This document shows, one piece after another, positions 8,109 through 20,465 of a stretch of DNA of 64,000 bases. The position numbers and the translations under genes are program-made. The notes below the pieces were generated by a model. That model was given only the letters and a program-made list of their open reading frames with translations. It was not told where the DNA came from and made no database searches. The number at the start of each line of letters is the position of its first letter. Position 1 is the first letter of the stretch. Source of the stretch: a virus; IMG/VR virus record IMGVR_UViG_3300045988_164075. The stretch is one strand, 5' to 3'.

Positions 8109-9404
8109 ATGAATAATCAATCTGTTCAAAAACCATTAAATTTTATTTCAGATACACTTGCTTCTTATTTATCACAAATCACAGAATGATTTGATGATGA
8201 AATAGCTACTGAATTACTAACTATTAAAACATTTTCATCTATTTCGGAAATGTGAGGTAAAGCAGAATTAGCTAGTAGGATTACCGATTATGCACGTTAT
8301 CTAGATTTTGATCCTAATGCATTTATGTTAAGTTTTTTACCTAAAGGTAAAAATTTAGTTTATTCGAATGGCAATTTAACTAAAAAGAACTGAATATCTG
8401 GGAAAATATCTAGAGTTTTACATAAAATACTTATTAAGCAATATACAGATCATAGTTATGAGGTATTTAATAATCACTTAAAAGCAATTGTATTAGGTGC
8501 AGATTATAAATGAAATATTGTAACAGGAAAAAATATTGCATATTGGTATGATGAAACTCATTATAATAGATCAGGAGGAGGTACACTAAGTAACAGTTGT
8601 ATGCGTCACATAGGTAGTCAAGATTGGTTTGAAATATATACTAGTAATCCATATTGTTCTATGTTGATTTTAACTAAATACAATCGATTAGTTGGAAGAG
8701 CTCTACTATGAACTATAGACAATAATGTTTATATGGATAGAGTTTATTATTCTGCAGATGAAATTTATTCTAAATTTATTCAATATGCCAAAAAGAATAA
8801 ATGAAGAATAAGATATGATAATAGTTTACTTAGCGATGAAGAAGATTGTTTTTTTAAATATTTAGATGATGGGAAAACATGGCAATATGAGTATTCTGAA
8901 TTGAAAATACCCGTAAAATCAGATTATGATTGATTTCCATACTTAGATTCTTTTCGTTATTTTTATCGTTTAGAAGGTCATTCTTATTTAAGTAATGTTT
9001 ATAATGATAATTTAAAAGATTGTATTAGGTTTTTATCAGATTCTGATGGGAGTTATACTTCTTATAACACTTGTTGTTGCTGCGGAACTCATATATTATC
9101 TGATGAAGGTATGTGATCAGATTATTTAGATGATTATTTGTGTGAAAATTGTGCTATTTATAGTGAATATCAAGATTCTTATATTGCAATAGATACTGCA
9201 GTAAAAGTTTTTTATGATAGATCTTTTGACACATACGACTATGTTGATCAAGACTGTGTTGATGCAGCGTTTGATAGTTTTGCAAATATAGGTGACGATT
9301 GGTTTTTTATTGATAATGAAGAAATGATAAAAATTGATGATAATTGGTATTGGATAGACGAATGTGAATGTGATGAAAACGGAGAATATAAACCTATAGA
9401 ATAA
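8109..9404 (+). CDS. Cys-rich hypothetical protein (431 aa with TGA=Trp)
   Basis: ATG at 8109 is in frame with ORF 9138-9404. Many in-frame TGA occur in Trp-like contexts (TEWFDDE, SEMWGK, YKWNIV, LLWTID). It has a CCCCG...CENC cluster. Confidence 0.7.
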
Positions 9405-9405
9405 C

Positions 9406-10170
9406 ATGGATATTAGATACGATTTAGTTCCAACTCATGGTATTAAAGAAATTTCTAAAATACTTACTCATAAATTAAGTAAATATAATAAAAATCAATG
9501 GAAGTACGGAATGAGTTGGACAGAAGTATTATCTTCTCTTAAAAAGCATTTAAATGAGTTTGAATTAGGAAAGGATTATGTAGATATTAACGAAAAGTTA
9601 CTACATATTGCAGAAGTTGCAACTAATGCGCTTATTCTTTGTGAATTTTATCATATTTATCCTCAGGGTGATGATAGAATAATTGCACCAGTAGTTAAAC
9701 CATGTGTTGCCTTAGATCTAGATGATTGTGTATTCGATTTCTTAGGATCATATACTAAACGCTTTGGAGTTAATATTTCAGATTATTGGAATGGAGATTA
9801 TAATATGTCAGAAAACTTAAAAACACTTAAGGAAGATAAGGATTTCTGGATTAATATGCCTATTATAAATCGTCCAACATTTGAAGTAGATTATTACGTA
9901 ACTGCTCGATCAATTCCTATTGAATGGACTCAAGAAGCTATTCAACGTAATAATTTACCTAAAGCAAAAATATACACTTTACCTTGGAATGTATCTAAAA
10001 TCGATACATTAAAAGAACTCAAAGTAGATATTATGATTGACGATAAAGCTGAAACATTTAAGGAATGTCTTAGTAATGGGATTTTTTGTTACTTAATGGA
10101 TGCTCCTCATAATAGATACTATGATGTTGGACATCATAGAATATATGATTTAAATCTTACAATAAAATAA
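9406..10170 (+). CDS. two-domain nucleotide hydrolase: N-terminal dNTP-pyrophosphohydrolase-like domain plus HAD 5'(3')-deoxyribonucleotidase-like domain
   Basis: RYDLVP...KYNKNQWKYGMSW...KKHLNEF pattern at the N-terminus. VALDLDDCVFDF is a DxDx(V/T) HAD motif I. Complete ORF with no TGA. Confidence 0.6.
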   Translation: MDIRYDLVPTHGIKEISKILTHKLSKYNKNQWKYGMSWTEVLSSLKKHLNEFELGKDYVDINEKLLHIAEVATNALILCEFYHIYPQGDDRIIAPVVKPCVALDLDDCVFDFLGSYTKRFGVNISDYWNGDYNMSENLKTLKEDKDFWINMPIINRPTFEVDYYVTARSIPIEWTQEAIQRNNLPKAKIYTLPWNVSKIDTLKELKVDIMIDDKAETFKECLSNGIFCYLMDAPHNRYYDVGHHRIYDLNLTIK

Positions 10171-11208
10171 TTGAAAAAGATATCTCTATCTTCTTTTAAC
10201 ATTAAACCTATTATATCTTCAGCATATCACCTCGATATATCAGACGAGGAGTATTTTGGACCTAATTATAGAAATTTCATAAGTAATTCTAAGCTTAAAT
10301 TAATTAATCCTGATCAAGGAGGAACTCCTGAAAGTTATAAAAACGGACTAAAATCTGAAGATACTGCATCATTGCGTTTAGGAAGTGCTATTCATGAATT
10401 GTTTTTACAAAGTGAATCATTTAGATTATGTGAGAACCTACACAAGCCTACAGCAAAACTTGGCGAGGTAATTGACAGAATTCGACATCATAGATCTAAT
10501 AATGAAACAGTTTGAGATTCAATTCATTTAGCTTGTAAGGATGTTAAATACTACGTAAATAGTCTAACTCTAAATAGAATTAGAAGTATTATTAAAAAAG
10601 GTTTAGAATATTATATAAACTCTAAATATATTCAGTCAAACGATGTAGTATTATCTGATAAGGATACTGAAGTTTGTAAAGCATGTTTATCTTCACTATA
10701 CTCGAATAAAAAAGTAGTAGAAGTAGTTAAACCTAATAATGAATTCTATTTAGAAGTAGAAACATATAACGAAGATTCTATATTTTTAGATATTATTGTA
10801 ACCTATAAAGATAAGGAGATCGTATTACGTTTAAAAATGAAAGCAGATAATTGAACATTTAATCATGATACAAAAACAATAGTTTTAAATGATTTAAAAA
10901 CTACTTCTAAACCTTTTCCTTTCTTTATGAAAGAATACGGTAGTTTTGTTCATTATCACTATGCTAGACAAATTGCAATGTATTTATGAATGTTAAAACA
11001 ATATTGTGTTAATACATATAATATTGATTCCAGTTATAAATTTCTATCTAATATTATTGTTGTTGAAACATTTGGAGAGTTTCGATCTCATTGTTATAAT
11101 ATCCCAAATCGGCTTGTAAAACAAGGATTTGAAGAATTAACAAAGTTATTAAAAATGGTTGCATATTACGAGATTTATGGTTACGAGGAAATTGTTGAAT
11201 TTGTATAA
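10171..11208 (+). CDS. PD-(D/E)XK family exonuclease (RecB/YqaJ-like)
   Basis: TTG start. Three in-frame TGA join 10171-10515 to 10990-11208. Motifs GSAIHELF, LKMKADNW and VLNDLKTTS fit a D...D/E-x-K pattern. Confidence 0.55.
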
Positions 11209-11256
11209 AATCCAAATCAAAGAATAAAAATTAAATGTAATTTTTTTATTTTTCTA

Positions 11257-11288
11257 TTTGTATTTTAATATTATCAATAGTATCTTTG
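11257..11288 (+). promoter_or_regulatory. Bacteroidota-type promoter
   Basis: TTTG at 11257-11260, a 20-nt spacer, then TATCTTTG at 11281-11288. Confidence 0.55.
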
Positions 11289-11348
11289 TACCACTAACAA
11301 AAAGAGATAATAAGAATTAATGTTTAATATTTAAAATTTTTTAAAATT

Positions 11349-11876
11349 ATGAAAAAGTTTACAGTAAACGCTTACAGTTTGGAAGAAGCAAAGAATTTAG
11401 CAGAAGAGAATGGTTTGAAAATTGTAAAAAATGTAACTCAATCTTGGAAGAATGCTAAGTGTCCTATTGAAGGAAAGAATTTGGAGGTATTTTGTACAGA
11501 AGCTCTAAGTAAGAATGGTCTTGCTGGTCTTGCTGGCGCTGGCCTCGTTATTGCAGTAGCTCCTGGTTCTAAAGATACTCGGGAACGTCCTTATAAGTTT
11601 GTTAATAATGTTGTTGAAGGAAAACGTAAGACACAACGAGTTATTAAGATTTGTCTGACTCGAAACGATGAAGTAGTAGGAACTGCTTCAAAGAAGTCTG
11701 ATGCAGAGAAGCTTGCTAAAGAGTTGATGGTTAAGTATCGTGAAGATATGTATGCTCAGATCGTTTATGAGGTTAAGGACGGTAAGGATATTGCATTTGA
11801 GTTGAAGTATGCACCTTCGACTTCCGCAAAGAAAGGCACATATGTTGTATTTGGAACAGAAGCTTCTTCTTTCTAA
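11349..11876 (+). CDS. hypothetical protein in its own promoter-terminator cassette
   Basis: Complete ATG-to-TAA ORF of 175 aa, Lys-rich, with no TGA. It is flanked by a consensus promoter and a strong terminator. Confidence 0.8.
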   Translation: MKKFTVNAYSLEEAKNLAEENGLKIVKNVTQSWKNAKCPIEGKNLEVFCTEALSKNGLAGLAGAGLVIAVAPGSKDTRERPYKFVNNVVEGKRKTQRVIKICLTRNDEVVGTASKKSDAEKLAKELMVKYREDMYAQIVYEVKDGKDIAFELKYAPSTSAKKGTYVVFGTEASSF

Positions 11877-11910
11877 CATATAGTTAATAAATAACTGATT
11901 CAATACCTTT

Positions 11911-11949
11911 AAAAGGGAGATATACTAGTTGTATCTCCCTTTTCTTTTT
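11911..11949 (+). terminator. rho-independent terminator
   Basis: aagggagata-tactagttg-tatctccctt followed by ttcttttt. Confidence 0.7.
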
Positions 11950-12519
11950 ATGGATATAAAATTATTTTCTACTATTTTAAAGAAAAATAACTTCAATTAT
12001 ACAATTGATTATCAAATAAAACAGGTGAATGTCGATACAATATTCCAATTTAGAGAGGATTCCTTAAGAGATAGTACTGTTTATTTATACTTAGATTCAT
12101 GAAATAAAGTTTCTCAACGGTTTTGTTGATGAACCTTAAAATATCAATTAGTTTATATAGGCAGTGGATTATTTACTTCTGATAAACCATCTCGACCCTG
12201 ATGTAGTCGCCCAACAGGACATAAAAAAGATTTTATTAAAGCATTTACTGAAAAATATCCTGGAAGATTAATTATATGTACAGTTAATGATAATTTAACA
12301 GAAAATGAATCTAGAGTTTTAGAAGCTTACATGATAAATGCAGCTCTAGATGAATATAATTATCAATTAACTGGTTTCAATGATTATTCGCTAGATTTAA
12401 AATCAAATCAATTAATCAATAAAAAGAGAGGTCTTAAGCAACCAGTATTAAGAGCTATTAACTTAATAAAACCAATGTATTTAAATGGAAATTACCCTTG
12501 AGAAACTACTAGAAGGTAA
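11950..12519 (+). CDS. hypothetical protein, possible GIY-YIG-like fold
   Basis: ATG at 11950. Four or more in-frame TGA (DSWNK, FCWWTL, RPWCS). The LVYIGSG...R...E pattern is a weak match. Confidence 0.45.
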
Positions 12520-13243
12520 AGCTACTATTATTAAAAATAAAGAATATCTTCCGACTTCTGATTATGTTTCTCCGTTTTTGGATCAAATGTCTAAATTTAC
12601 AGACAATTTTACTGTTCAAGTTAAACTTCCTACTCAGATTACAACAACTGCTGAATCGGACGATGTAACATATAATAGAGTATGAATTCAAGCAATATTA
12701 CCAGAAAAATATTGTATTGAAAATCATGATGAAGTATATGGTTTAGTATACGGTTTAGATGTACGTACTCCTGTTTATAAAGTATATCGTGGAATGTTAA
12801 ATCGCGCATGTACAAATTTATGTGTTTTTGATCCATCTTGAATGGAAGTAAACGAAATTAAACCAGGAGAAAATTTTGTATATCATATTACTGCTTTAAT
12901 GGAGAAAGTATCTCATTTTGAAGCAACAATTAAGAAAATGAAAAATACAGTTCTTTCTAGTGATGTAGAAGAACGACACAATAGATTAGGTAATTGAATT
13001 GAAAAATGTGTTTTAGAAGAATATACTGGAACTGGAGGAAAAGTTAAACTTTCCCCATCTACAGTTATAGATGCTTATAATGGAGTTTACTTCGATTCTT
13101 CTTCTAAATATTATGTTGGCAATGAAGATTCAACTGTATTCAATTTCTATAATGCATTTACAGAAATCATTAAGGACGATAAGAAAGATATAATCAATAA
13201 GTTTGAAAAAACATTGCTTATTAACTCTTTATTTGAATTATAA
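12485..13243 (+). CDS. DUF932-like conserved phage protein
   Basis: ORF 12485-12685 extends through 3 TGA to TAA 13241-13243. YRGMLNRACTNLCVF resembles the DUF932 C-x-N-L core. Confidence 0.5.
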
Positions 13244-14122
13244 TGTTTATTATTAAACGAAACGGTACTAAACAAGAGTTTGATTCTTCAAAAATCGATA
13301 AAGCTATCTTATCTGCACTAAAAGCTTCTGGATGTAATACTGAGATCAATCAACCCTCAAAATATATTACAGTTGATAATGGAGATACTGTTGAAGTTAT
13401 TCAAGATCGAATTGAAAATTGATTGATGTCTATATGTCCTAGCGCAGCAAAAGCATTCATTTTATATAGAGAAAAACATAAAAATATTCGAGATTGAGTA
13501 AGTAAAAAAGAAAAATTCATTGAAAGATATAAACAATCTTCTAATACAGCTAATGCAACAATTGATGACAATTCTAACGTAAGTGGCAAAAATATAGGAA
13601 TATTAAACGCTGAAATACATAAATCAGATAATATTCTTATTAGTCGAGCAATGATTGAAAAAAAGTTAAAGGAATTATATCCAGAATTTGATTGCAAAAA
13701 CTATACTAAAGATCTATCTAATCATATTATATATAAGCATGATGAATCAGGATTTGCAGGAGCAATAGCACCATACTGTTGTAGTATAACTATGTATCCT
13801 TTTTTAAATGAAGGGATTAAAAAAATCGGTGGACTATCTGCATATCCAAAGAATCTTGATTCATTTTGTGGAATGTACATTAATTTAATTTTTGCTACTG
13901 CTGCTCAATTTGCTGGAGCTGTTGCAACTTCAGAATTTTTATTGTATTTTGATTATTTTGCCAAAAAAGAATGAGGTAAAAACTATTATACTATTCCAGA
14001 TACCATTATTACCTGTAATAGTTTAAGAAATAAAACAATTAGAAATCAAATTCATCAGTATTTTCAGCAAGTAATATACTCAATCAATCAACCTGCCGCT
14101 GCAAGAGGAATGCAAGCAGCGT
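13243..14122 (+). CDS. nrdD: anaerobic ribonucleoside-triphosphate reductase, exon 1
   Basis: The N-terminus MFIIKRNGTKQEFDSSKIDKAI is an ATP-cone. It continues through TGA codons to ...NQPAAARGMQAA. The exon ends in U. Confidence 0.8.
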
Positions 14123-15451
14123 CAATATAAAATTTTATTGCTTTTCTTAATTTTCTTCTGGATGTTTTAAATATTTTACTTATCTTTGTATATAATTTTA
14201 AAATAAAGTTTATATGGCAAAGAAAAGAAAATTTAACAAATCAAAAGAATGACTTATAGAACAATATGTTATTTTTGATCGTCCACGAAAAGAAATAGCG
14301 GCGGAATGTGGTTTATCAGAAGCGGGATTAAAATCTCTTCTTGCTGAATTTAAAATACTTAAAAATAAATTTACAATAGATAAAAAAGAATTAGAAAATT
14401 TAGTAAATCAAAAATTATCTGTAGAAAAAATCGCTAAACAATTAAATTGTTCTGAGACAAGTGTTTATAGATACTTGAAAAAATATAATTTAAATATATT
14501 AGCTGATCCAAAAATTTATAAACAGTATGATTCATCTAACGATGAAGAAATCATTAAAATGTACAATTCTGGTAAATCTTCAACTGATATCGCAAGATAT
14601 TTTGGAATTACTCATAATACTGTTTTGACTCACCTAGATCATTGCGGGATTAAGCGAAGAAATTATTCTGAATCTCAATGAATGTATAATCAAAAAGAAT
14701 TTCCACAAGATCTTAGGAATAAAGATTTAGTTTATGATTTATATATTAATCAAAAGTTAAGTAAAAAAGATCTTGGAGAAAAATACAATTGTGATCCAGA
14801 TGTAATTGATAGAATTCTTCACGAGTTTAAAATTCCAGTTAGAAATAATTCAGAATCTAAAATAGGATTACGAATTGGAGAAAATCATCCTAATTGACAA
14901 GGAGGAATTACTGGATTACATTACAGACTTAGAGAAGCTTTTTATGTACAACAAGTTCCAAAAGTATTGTATCGTGATAGATATAGGTGTCAGTTGTGTG
15001 GAAGTAAAAAAGATTTACACGTTCATCATATAAAACATTTTAGAGATATTTTTCATAGAATTTTAAATGAACATAAAGATTTAGATTTGATTAATGATCA
15101 AGATCAGTTATATAAAATAGCATTACAAGATAAAGAATTTACTAATTTAAATAATCTTATTACCTATTGTAAAGATTGTCATTTTTACAAAATACATGGT
15201 TATCAAAGAAAAGAAGAAAAGTTACAGGCGCTGCAAAAATCTCCTGAATTGCTGGAAACTCCAGAAATGGACAATCAGCAGCCGAGTATTATAAATACGG
15301 GTTCAACGACTATCTCAAATGAGAGTACATCTAAGCAGATGGAAGTAGGAGACACTTTAAATAGTGATGATATAGTCTAATCTATATAGTAATATATAGC
15401 AGTTCATAAGAGAACGCAAGATAATTAGCGACTATCTTGGAATTAAAATTG
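14123..15451 (+). mobile_element. group I-type intron carrying an HNH endonuclease gene
   Basis: Removal joins ...RGMQAA to FVNFSYFDKPFF. Core elements are gctggaaactcc...gacaatcagcagc...ggttcaacgactat...gatatagtctaa...ctatatagtaatatatag. It ends in G. Confidence 0.75.
14214..15380 (+). CDS. HNH homing endonuclease with repeated HTH-like modules
   Basis: ORFs 14475-, 14682- and 14967-15380 share a frame with ATG 14214 and are joined through TGA. HNH pattern is CQLCGSKKDLHVHHI...CKDCH. Confidence 0.85.
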
Positions 15452-16698
15452 TTGTTAACTTTTCATACTTTGATAAACCGTTTTTTGAGGGAATGTTTGG
15501 AGATTTTTGTTTTCCTGATGGGACTAAACCAGAATGAAGTTCTTTAAGTTGATTACAACAAGAATTTATGACATGATTTAATGCAGAAAGATTAAAAACT
15601 ATAATCACGTTCCCTGTTGAATCGTTTGCGCTTGTTTATAAAGATGACAAATTTATTGACCCAGAATCAGCGAAATTTGTAGCTGAAGAATATGCTAGAG
15701 GTCATTCGTTTTTTACTTATATTAGTGATAGTGTTGATAGTCTCTCATCTTGCTGTCGTTTGAAAAACATGGTTCAAACAAAAGAATTTAATTTTACTAA
15801 TGGCAATATGGGAGTTCAAACTGGAAGTAAAAGTGTTATTACATTAAATCTTAATCGAATTGTACAAGATAAATGTAAAGAACACAATCCTAGTGAAAGA
15901 ACTGTATGAAAAGAAGAAATGAAAGAATATTTGATTAATATTCTTAGTAGAGTTTATAAATATCATACAGCATATAATGCATTGTTACACGATATGTTCG
16001 ATGCGAATCTATTGCCTGTCTATAAAGCAGGATTTATTAATTTGGATAAACAGTATTTAACAATTGGAATTAACGGTTTAAACCAAGCTGCTGAATTTTT
16101 AGGTATTTCTTGTAATGATAACTTAGATTATAAAGAGTTTTGTCAGTTTATATTTAGTATTATTAAAGAACAGAATATTTTACATAAAACTAAAACTGAA
16201 ACATATAATACAGAATGCGTTCCTGCAGAAAGTTTAGCAATTAAAAACTACAATTGAGATAAAGAAGATGGATATTGAGTTCCAACCGACACTAATTTAT
16301 ATGCTAGTTATATTTTTAAACCGAATGATAAAAAACTTAGTGTATTAGAGAGAATAAAACTTCATGGAGCAGAATATATAGGAGAGTATCTAGATGGAGG
16401 TAGTGCAGCACATATAAATTTAGAGGAACATCTTTCAGCTAAACAATATGAAAAACTTTTGAAATATGCTGCTGAAGTAGGTTGTCAATATTTTACCTTT
16501 AATATACCTAACTCTGAATGTGAAGAGTGTGGTTTTATTTCAAGGATAGCGATTACAAAATGTCCAAAATGTGGATCAACAAATATATCTCTATGAGATA
16601 GAATTATTGGATACTTAACTAAAATAAAAAACTGATCTTCTGGAAGACAAATAGAACAAAAGACTAGAGTTTATTCTAAAAATATAGAAAATGGTTAA
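15452..16698 (+). CDS. nrdD: anaerobic ribonucleoside-triphosphate reductase, exon 2
   Basis: C-terminal Zn ribbon CEECG...CPKCG followed by DRIIGYLT, the glycyl-radical RxxGY motif. Several in-frame TGA. TAA at 16696-16698. Confidence 0.9.
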
Positions 16699-17155
16699 AT
16701 ATGTAGATACTCAGGTTGTTTTTAGAGAAATTCCTGATGAGATCGCACTAGCAATTAATATTTCAGGATGTCCAAATCATTGTGAAAATTGTCATAGCTC
16801 TTATCTTGCTAACGATATTGGAACTGAATTATCTTTCAATAATCTTTTTAAATTGATTACAAGTAATTCTGGAATTACATGTGTTGTGTTTATGGGAGGA
16901 GATCAAAATCCAAGTTATATTAATTTGTGTGCAGAAGTTATTAAACAGAGTGATCTTTCTTTGAAGACGGCTTGATATAGTGGAAAACAAGAACTTAATC
17001 CTGAAATCAATATAAACAATTTCAACTATATAAAACTCGGTCCGTATGTTCCTAATAAAGGGCCTTTAGATAATCCAAATACTAATCAAAAAATGTTTTT
17101 AGTTAAAGACAATAATCTAATTGATATTACATATAAATTTTGAGGAAAACAATAA
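16691..17155 (+). CDS. nrdG: anaerobic RNR activating enzyme (radical SAM)
   Basis: CPNHCENCHS is a CxxxCxxC motif. The start overlaps the nrdD stop. Two in-frame TGA. TAA at 17153-17155. Confidence 0.85.
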
Positions 17156-17205
17156 ATAATTTAGCTTATTTAAATTATAATTTGATAATTGTTTATATAT
17201 GATAT

Positions 17206-17415
17206 ATGTCTGATTTAAAAATAAAACAGTTTACGTTAAGTATTCCAATTAAAGGATGTTTAACTATGACTTTAAATGCAAAAGATGCTCAAGCTGCTGT
17301 AGAATCTTTTTTAGAGCATCAAGATGAATTTTTAGATCATCCTTATTGTGGTAAATTAGAACCTATTTTATCAGCAGCTTATATATATGAAACTAACATC
17401 AAATATGGAGATTAA
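17206..17415 (+). CDS. small hypothetical protein
   Basis: Complete ATG-to-TAA ORF of 69 aa. Confidence 0.5.
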   Translation: MSDLKIKQFTLSIPIKGCLTMTLNAKDAQAAVESFLEHQDEFLDHPYCGKLEPILSAAYIYETNIKYGD

Positions 17416-17893
17416 AATTAAAAAACTTGACAAAAACGCTGTTATACCTAAATATTCAAAATATGGAGATGCTGGAATGGATTTAGTAGCTACTTCTGTT
17501 GATTATAGTAATGAATATTATATTGAATATGGTACTGGATTAGCTATTGAAATCCCTGAAGGTTATGTTGGGTATGTATTTCCACGTTCTAGCAACTCTA
17601 AGTATGATTTACAGCTTTGTAACAGCGTTGGAATAATAGACTCTGGTTATAGAGGAGAAATTAAGCTACGTTATCGAAGAATTATCAATCCTCAGCCAGG
17701 AAGAAACTTTATAGTTAGTGATAACAATATACCTCCAATTCAATGGATAAAAGCTGATTTTGCTTGTTATGAGATTGGAGATAAAGTAGGACAAATTATG
17801 ATTCTTCCCTATCCCAAAGTCGAATTTAAAGAGGTAGAAGAACTTTCTCAAACTGAACGAGGAGAAGGTGGTTTTGGATCAACTGGAAAATAA
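17405..17893 (+). CDS. dut: dUTP diphosphatase
   Basis: GDAGMDL, GIIDSGYRGEI and RGEGGFGSTGK are dUTPase motifs. An alternative upstream ATG lies at 17387. Confidence 0.9.
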   Translation: MEIKIKKLDKNAVIPKYSKYGDAGMDLVATSVDYSNEYYIEYGTGLAIEIPEGYVGYVFPRSSNSKYDLQLCNSVGIIDSGYRGEIKLRYRRIINPQPGRNFIVSDNNIPPIQWIKADFACYEIGDKVGQIMILPYPKVEFKEVEELSQTERGEGGFGSTGK

Positions 17894-19299
17894 TGAATTT
17901 AGAAGAGTTAATAGAAACTTTACAAAACAAATATTTAGATTTTAAACTTGGAGAGGAACAAAAAGATGTTCTTCTTCAAGTTTTTTCTATTTTAATAAAC
18001 AAAGAATGAATAACTCTATCTATTTCTGGTGCAGCGGGTTCGGGAAAAAGTTCAATATGTAAATTAATTACAAGGTTCTTAGAAATAAATCAAATTCCAT
18101 ATGTTTTAGCTACACCTACGCATAAAGCTAAGGGAGTATTAGCTAATTATACAGAACGTGATGTTACAACAATACATCAGTTGCTACAATTACGTCCAAA
18201 TGTAGATATAATGGAATTAGATTATAAAGATCTTAAATTTGTATCAAATACTATCGATAATAGTATTCCAACAAATGGAGTATTAATTGTTGATGAATGT
18301 AGTATGATTAATGATACATTGTTTGATTATATAATAGAAAGAGCTAAAGATCGAAATTGTAAAGTTTTATGACAGGGAGATGAAAAACAATTATATCCTG
18401 TTAAATCAAATACTCTATCAAAATCTTTTCAGACTACAAACGATTTTCATCTAAATAAAGTTTATCGCCAACAAGAAGATAATCCATTATTAGAAATTAT
18501 TACAGAATTAAGAGATAAGCCTAAAAATAGATTTTATAATATTACTTCAAATAATGGAACTCTTAAGTGCTATAATAATTGAAGAAAATTTATATCAGAA
18601 TATATTCCTCTATTTAAAAAAGTAATAGAAACCCAAGATCCAACTTTAATCAAACTATTAGCTTTTACTAACCGACGAATAGAGGCTTTTAATAAAGTTA
18701 TTAGAGATTCATTATTTAATGATAAGGAAGAATACCATATTGGAGAAATTTTAGTTGGATATGATAACTCAGAATATGGAAAAGCGAATTTTCTAAAAAA
18801 TACTATTATTAACTCTTCTGAATATGTTATTAAACAGATTACTAAATGTCACCGCTATGTTGGATTAGACAATTATCCTGGATATTTATTAAATCTGTAT
18901 TCATTAGATTTTAATGAATGTTTTGATATATTTATTTTATCGAGAGATCTTTCTGATGATAAGTTAAAAGGTCTATCGGTTATGATTGAAAGTATTCGCC
19001 TATCAGCAATTCAAACTAAATCAAAACTACAAGCTAACAAAATTTGAAGAGAGTATTTTAATTTAATGAGTTCGTTTTTAACTCCTGTTGACCTAACTTA
19101 TCAAGGAAGAATAATTAGACGAAAAAGCTTAGATTATGCATATTGTATGTCTGTACACAAAAGTCAAGGCTCAAATCTAAATACTGTACTAGTTGATATG
19201 GATAATATTTTAACTTGTCATAATTATGAACTACTTCGTCAATTACAATATGTAGCTCTTTCAAGAACTCGTAAAGATATAGGTATGTTAATTAAATAA
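17893..19299 (+). CDS. SF1 helicase (RecD/Dda-like)
   Basis: Walker A GAAGSGKSS, Walker B VLIVDECSM, WQGDEKQLYPV and SVHKSQGSNLNTVLV. Four in-frame TGA. ATG overlaps the dut stop (TAATG). Confidence 0.8.
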
Positions 19300-19304
19300 A
19301 TATT

Positions 19305-20465
19305 ATGCACGATATATTAATCACACGTGATAGTAGAGGTAAAATTAGAATTGTAGATATTAGTTGTGAGTGAGAAGATGCTCTACATGGATTTGCTTTA
19401 GTTAGAAAAACAAGTCAAATGGGAGGAAAAATTACAGAACAACCAATAATAAATATAGATCGTGGGAAAGCAGGAAGAACTGTTACTGAACAAGCTAAAT
19501 TAACATATAATAGTCATATTAAGAAGTATCTTGATAAAGGGTATAAAAATCTAGCTGATTTTGGAGTTAACAGTTTAGAAAATTGTGATGTAGATAAACT
19601 ATTGCCATTAGAAGTTACTGATACAAATGGAATACGTAAACCTATGTTAGCGAAATCAGCAGATGATTGCGCAATATCTGTTTTCGAACATGACTTTTTT
19701 GGATCTCGTAAATTAGATGGAGTTAGATGTCTTATGTATTATTCTGAAGGCGAAATACATACTGCGTCTAGAGGAGGAAATAATTATGATATTGCGGCTA
19801 CTCATATTATTTCGGACCCAAAATTAATTGCGTATTTTAAGGAAAATCCTACAGTAATGTTAGATGGGGAATTATATATTCATGGCAGATCTCTACCTTA
19901 TATTTCTGGATTATGTAGACTACAAACTCTTGATGAAAAACATTCCGAATTAAAGTATTGAATTTATGATTTAGCTATTCCAGAAGTAGTGTTTAAAGAT
20001 CGATTAATAATGCTTGATGAATTAAAAATTGCTGTTGATGGATCTGATAAAATAGTAATTGTTGAACATATTCCTGTTAGCTCTTGAAGCAATATAAAGA
20101 AACTTCATGATAAATTTGTTAAGGAAGGTTTTGAAGGCTGTGTAATTAGAAATCCTGAAAAGGAATATGGCTTTAATAAAAGAGATAACCGTATGATTAA
20201 AGTGAAAGAATTTCAAGATGGTGAGTTTAAAATAGTCGGAATTACTGAAGGATTACGTCCTGAAGATATGTGTTTTTCTCTTGAGGCTTCAAATGGAAAG
20301 TTATTTGACGCTAAGCCAATTGGCGATCGACAATTAAAAGAATGATATCGTAATAATATCGATAAGATAATTGGTAAGTATGGGACTGTAAAATATTTTG
20401 GTTTAACACCATATGGTGTTCCAAATCTTCCAGTTTTTAAAGCTATTAGAGATATATTAGAATAA
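19305..20465 (+). CDS. ATP-dependent DNA ligase
   Basis: Motif I is SRKLDGVRC (KxDG). EGCVIRNP and MIKVKEF are motifs IV and V. Four in-frame TGA. Confidence 0.8.

Noticed and set aside
15296-15312. ggttcaacgactat (also at about 27250 and 29320, and on the minus strand near 42671 and 40712) resembles a tRNA T-arm, raising the hope of a suppressor tRNA.
   Set aside because: No acceptor, D or anticodon arms can be built around any copy. All copies are inside the introns. I found no tRNA in the window.
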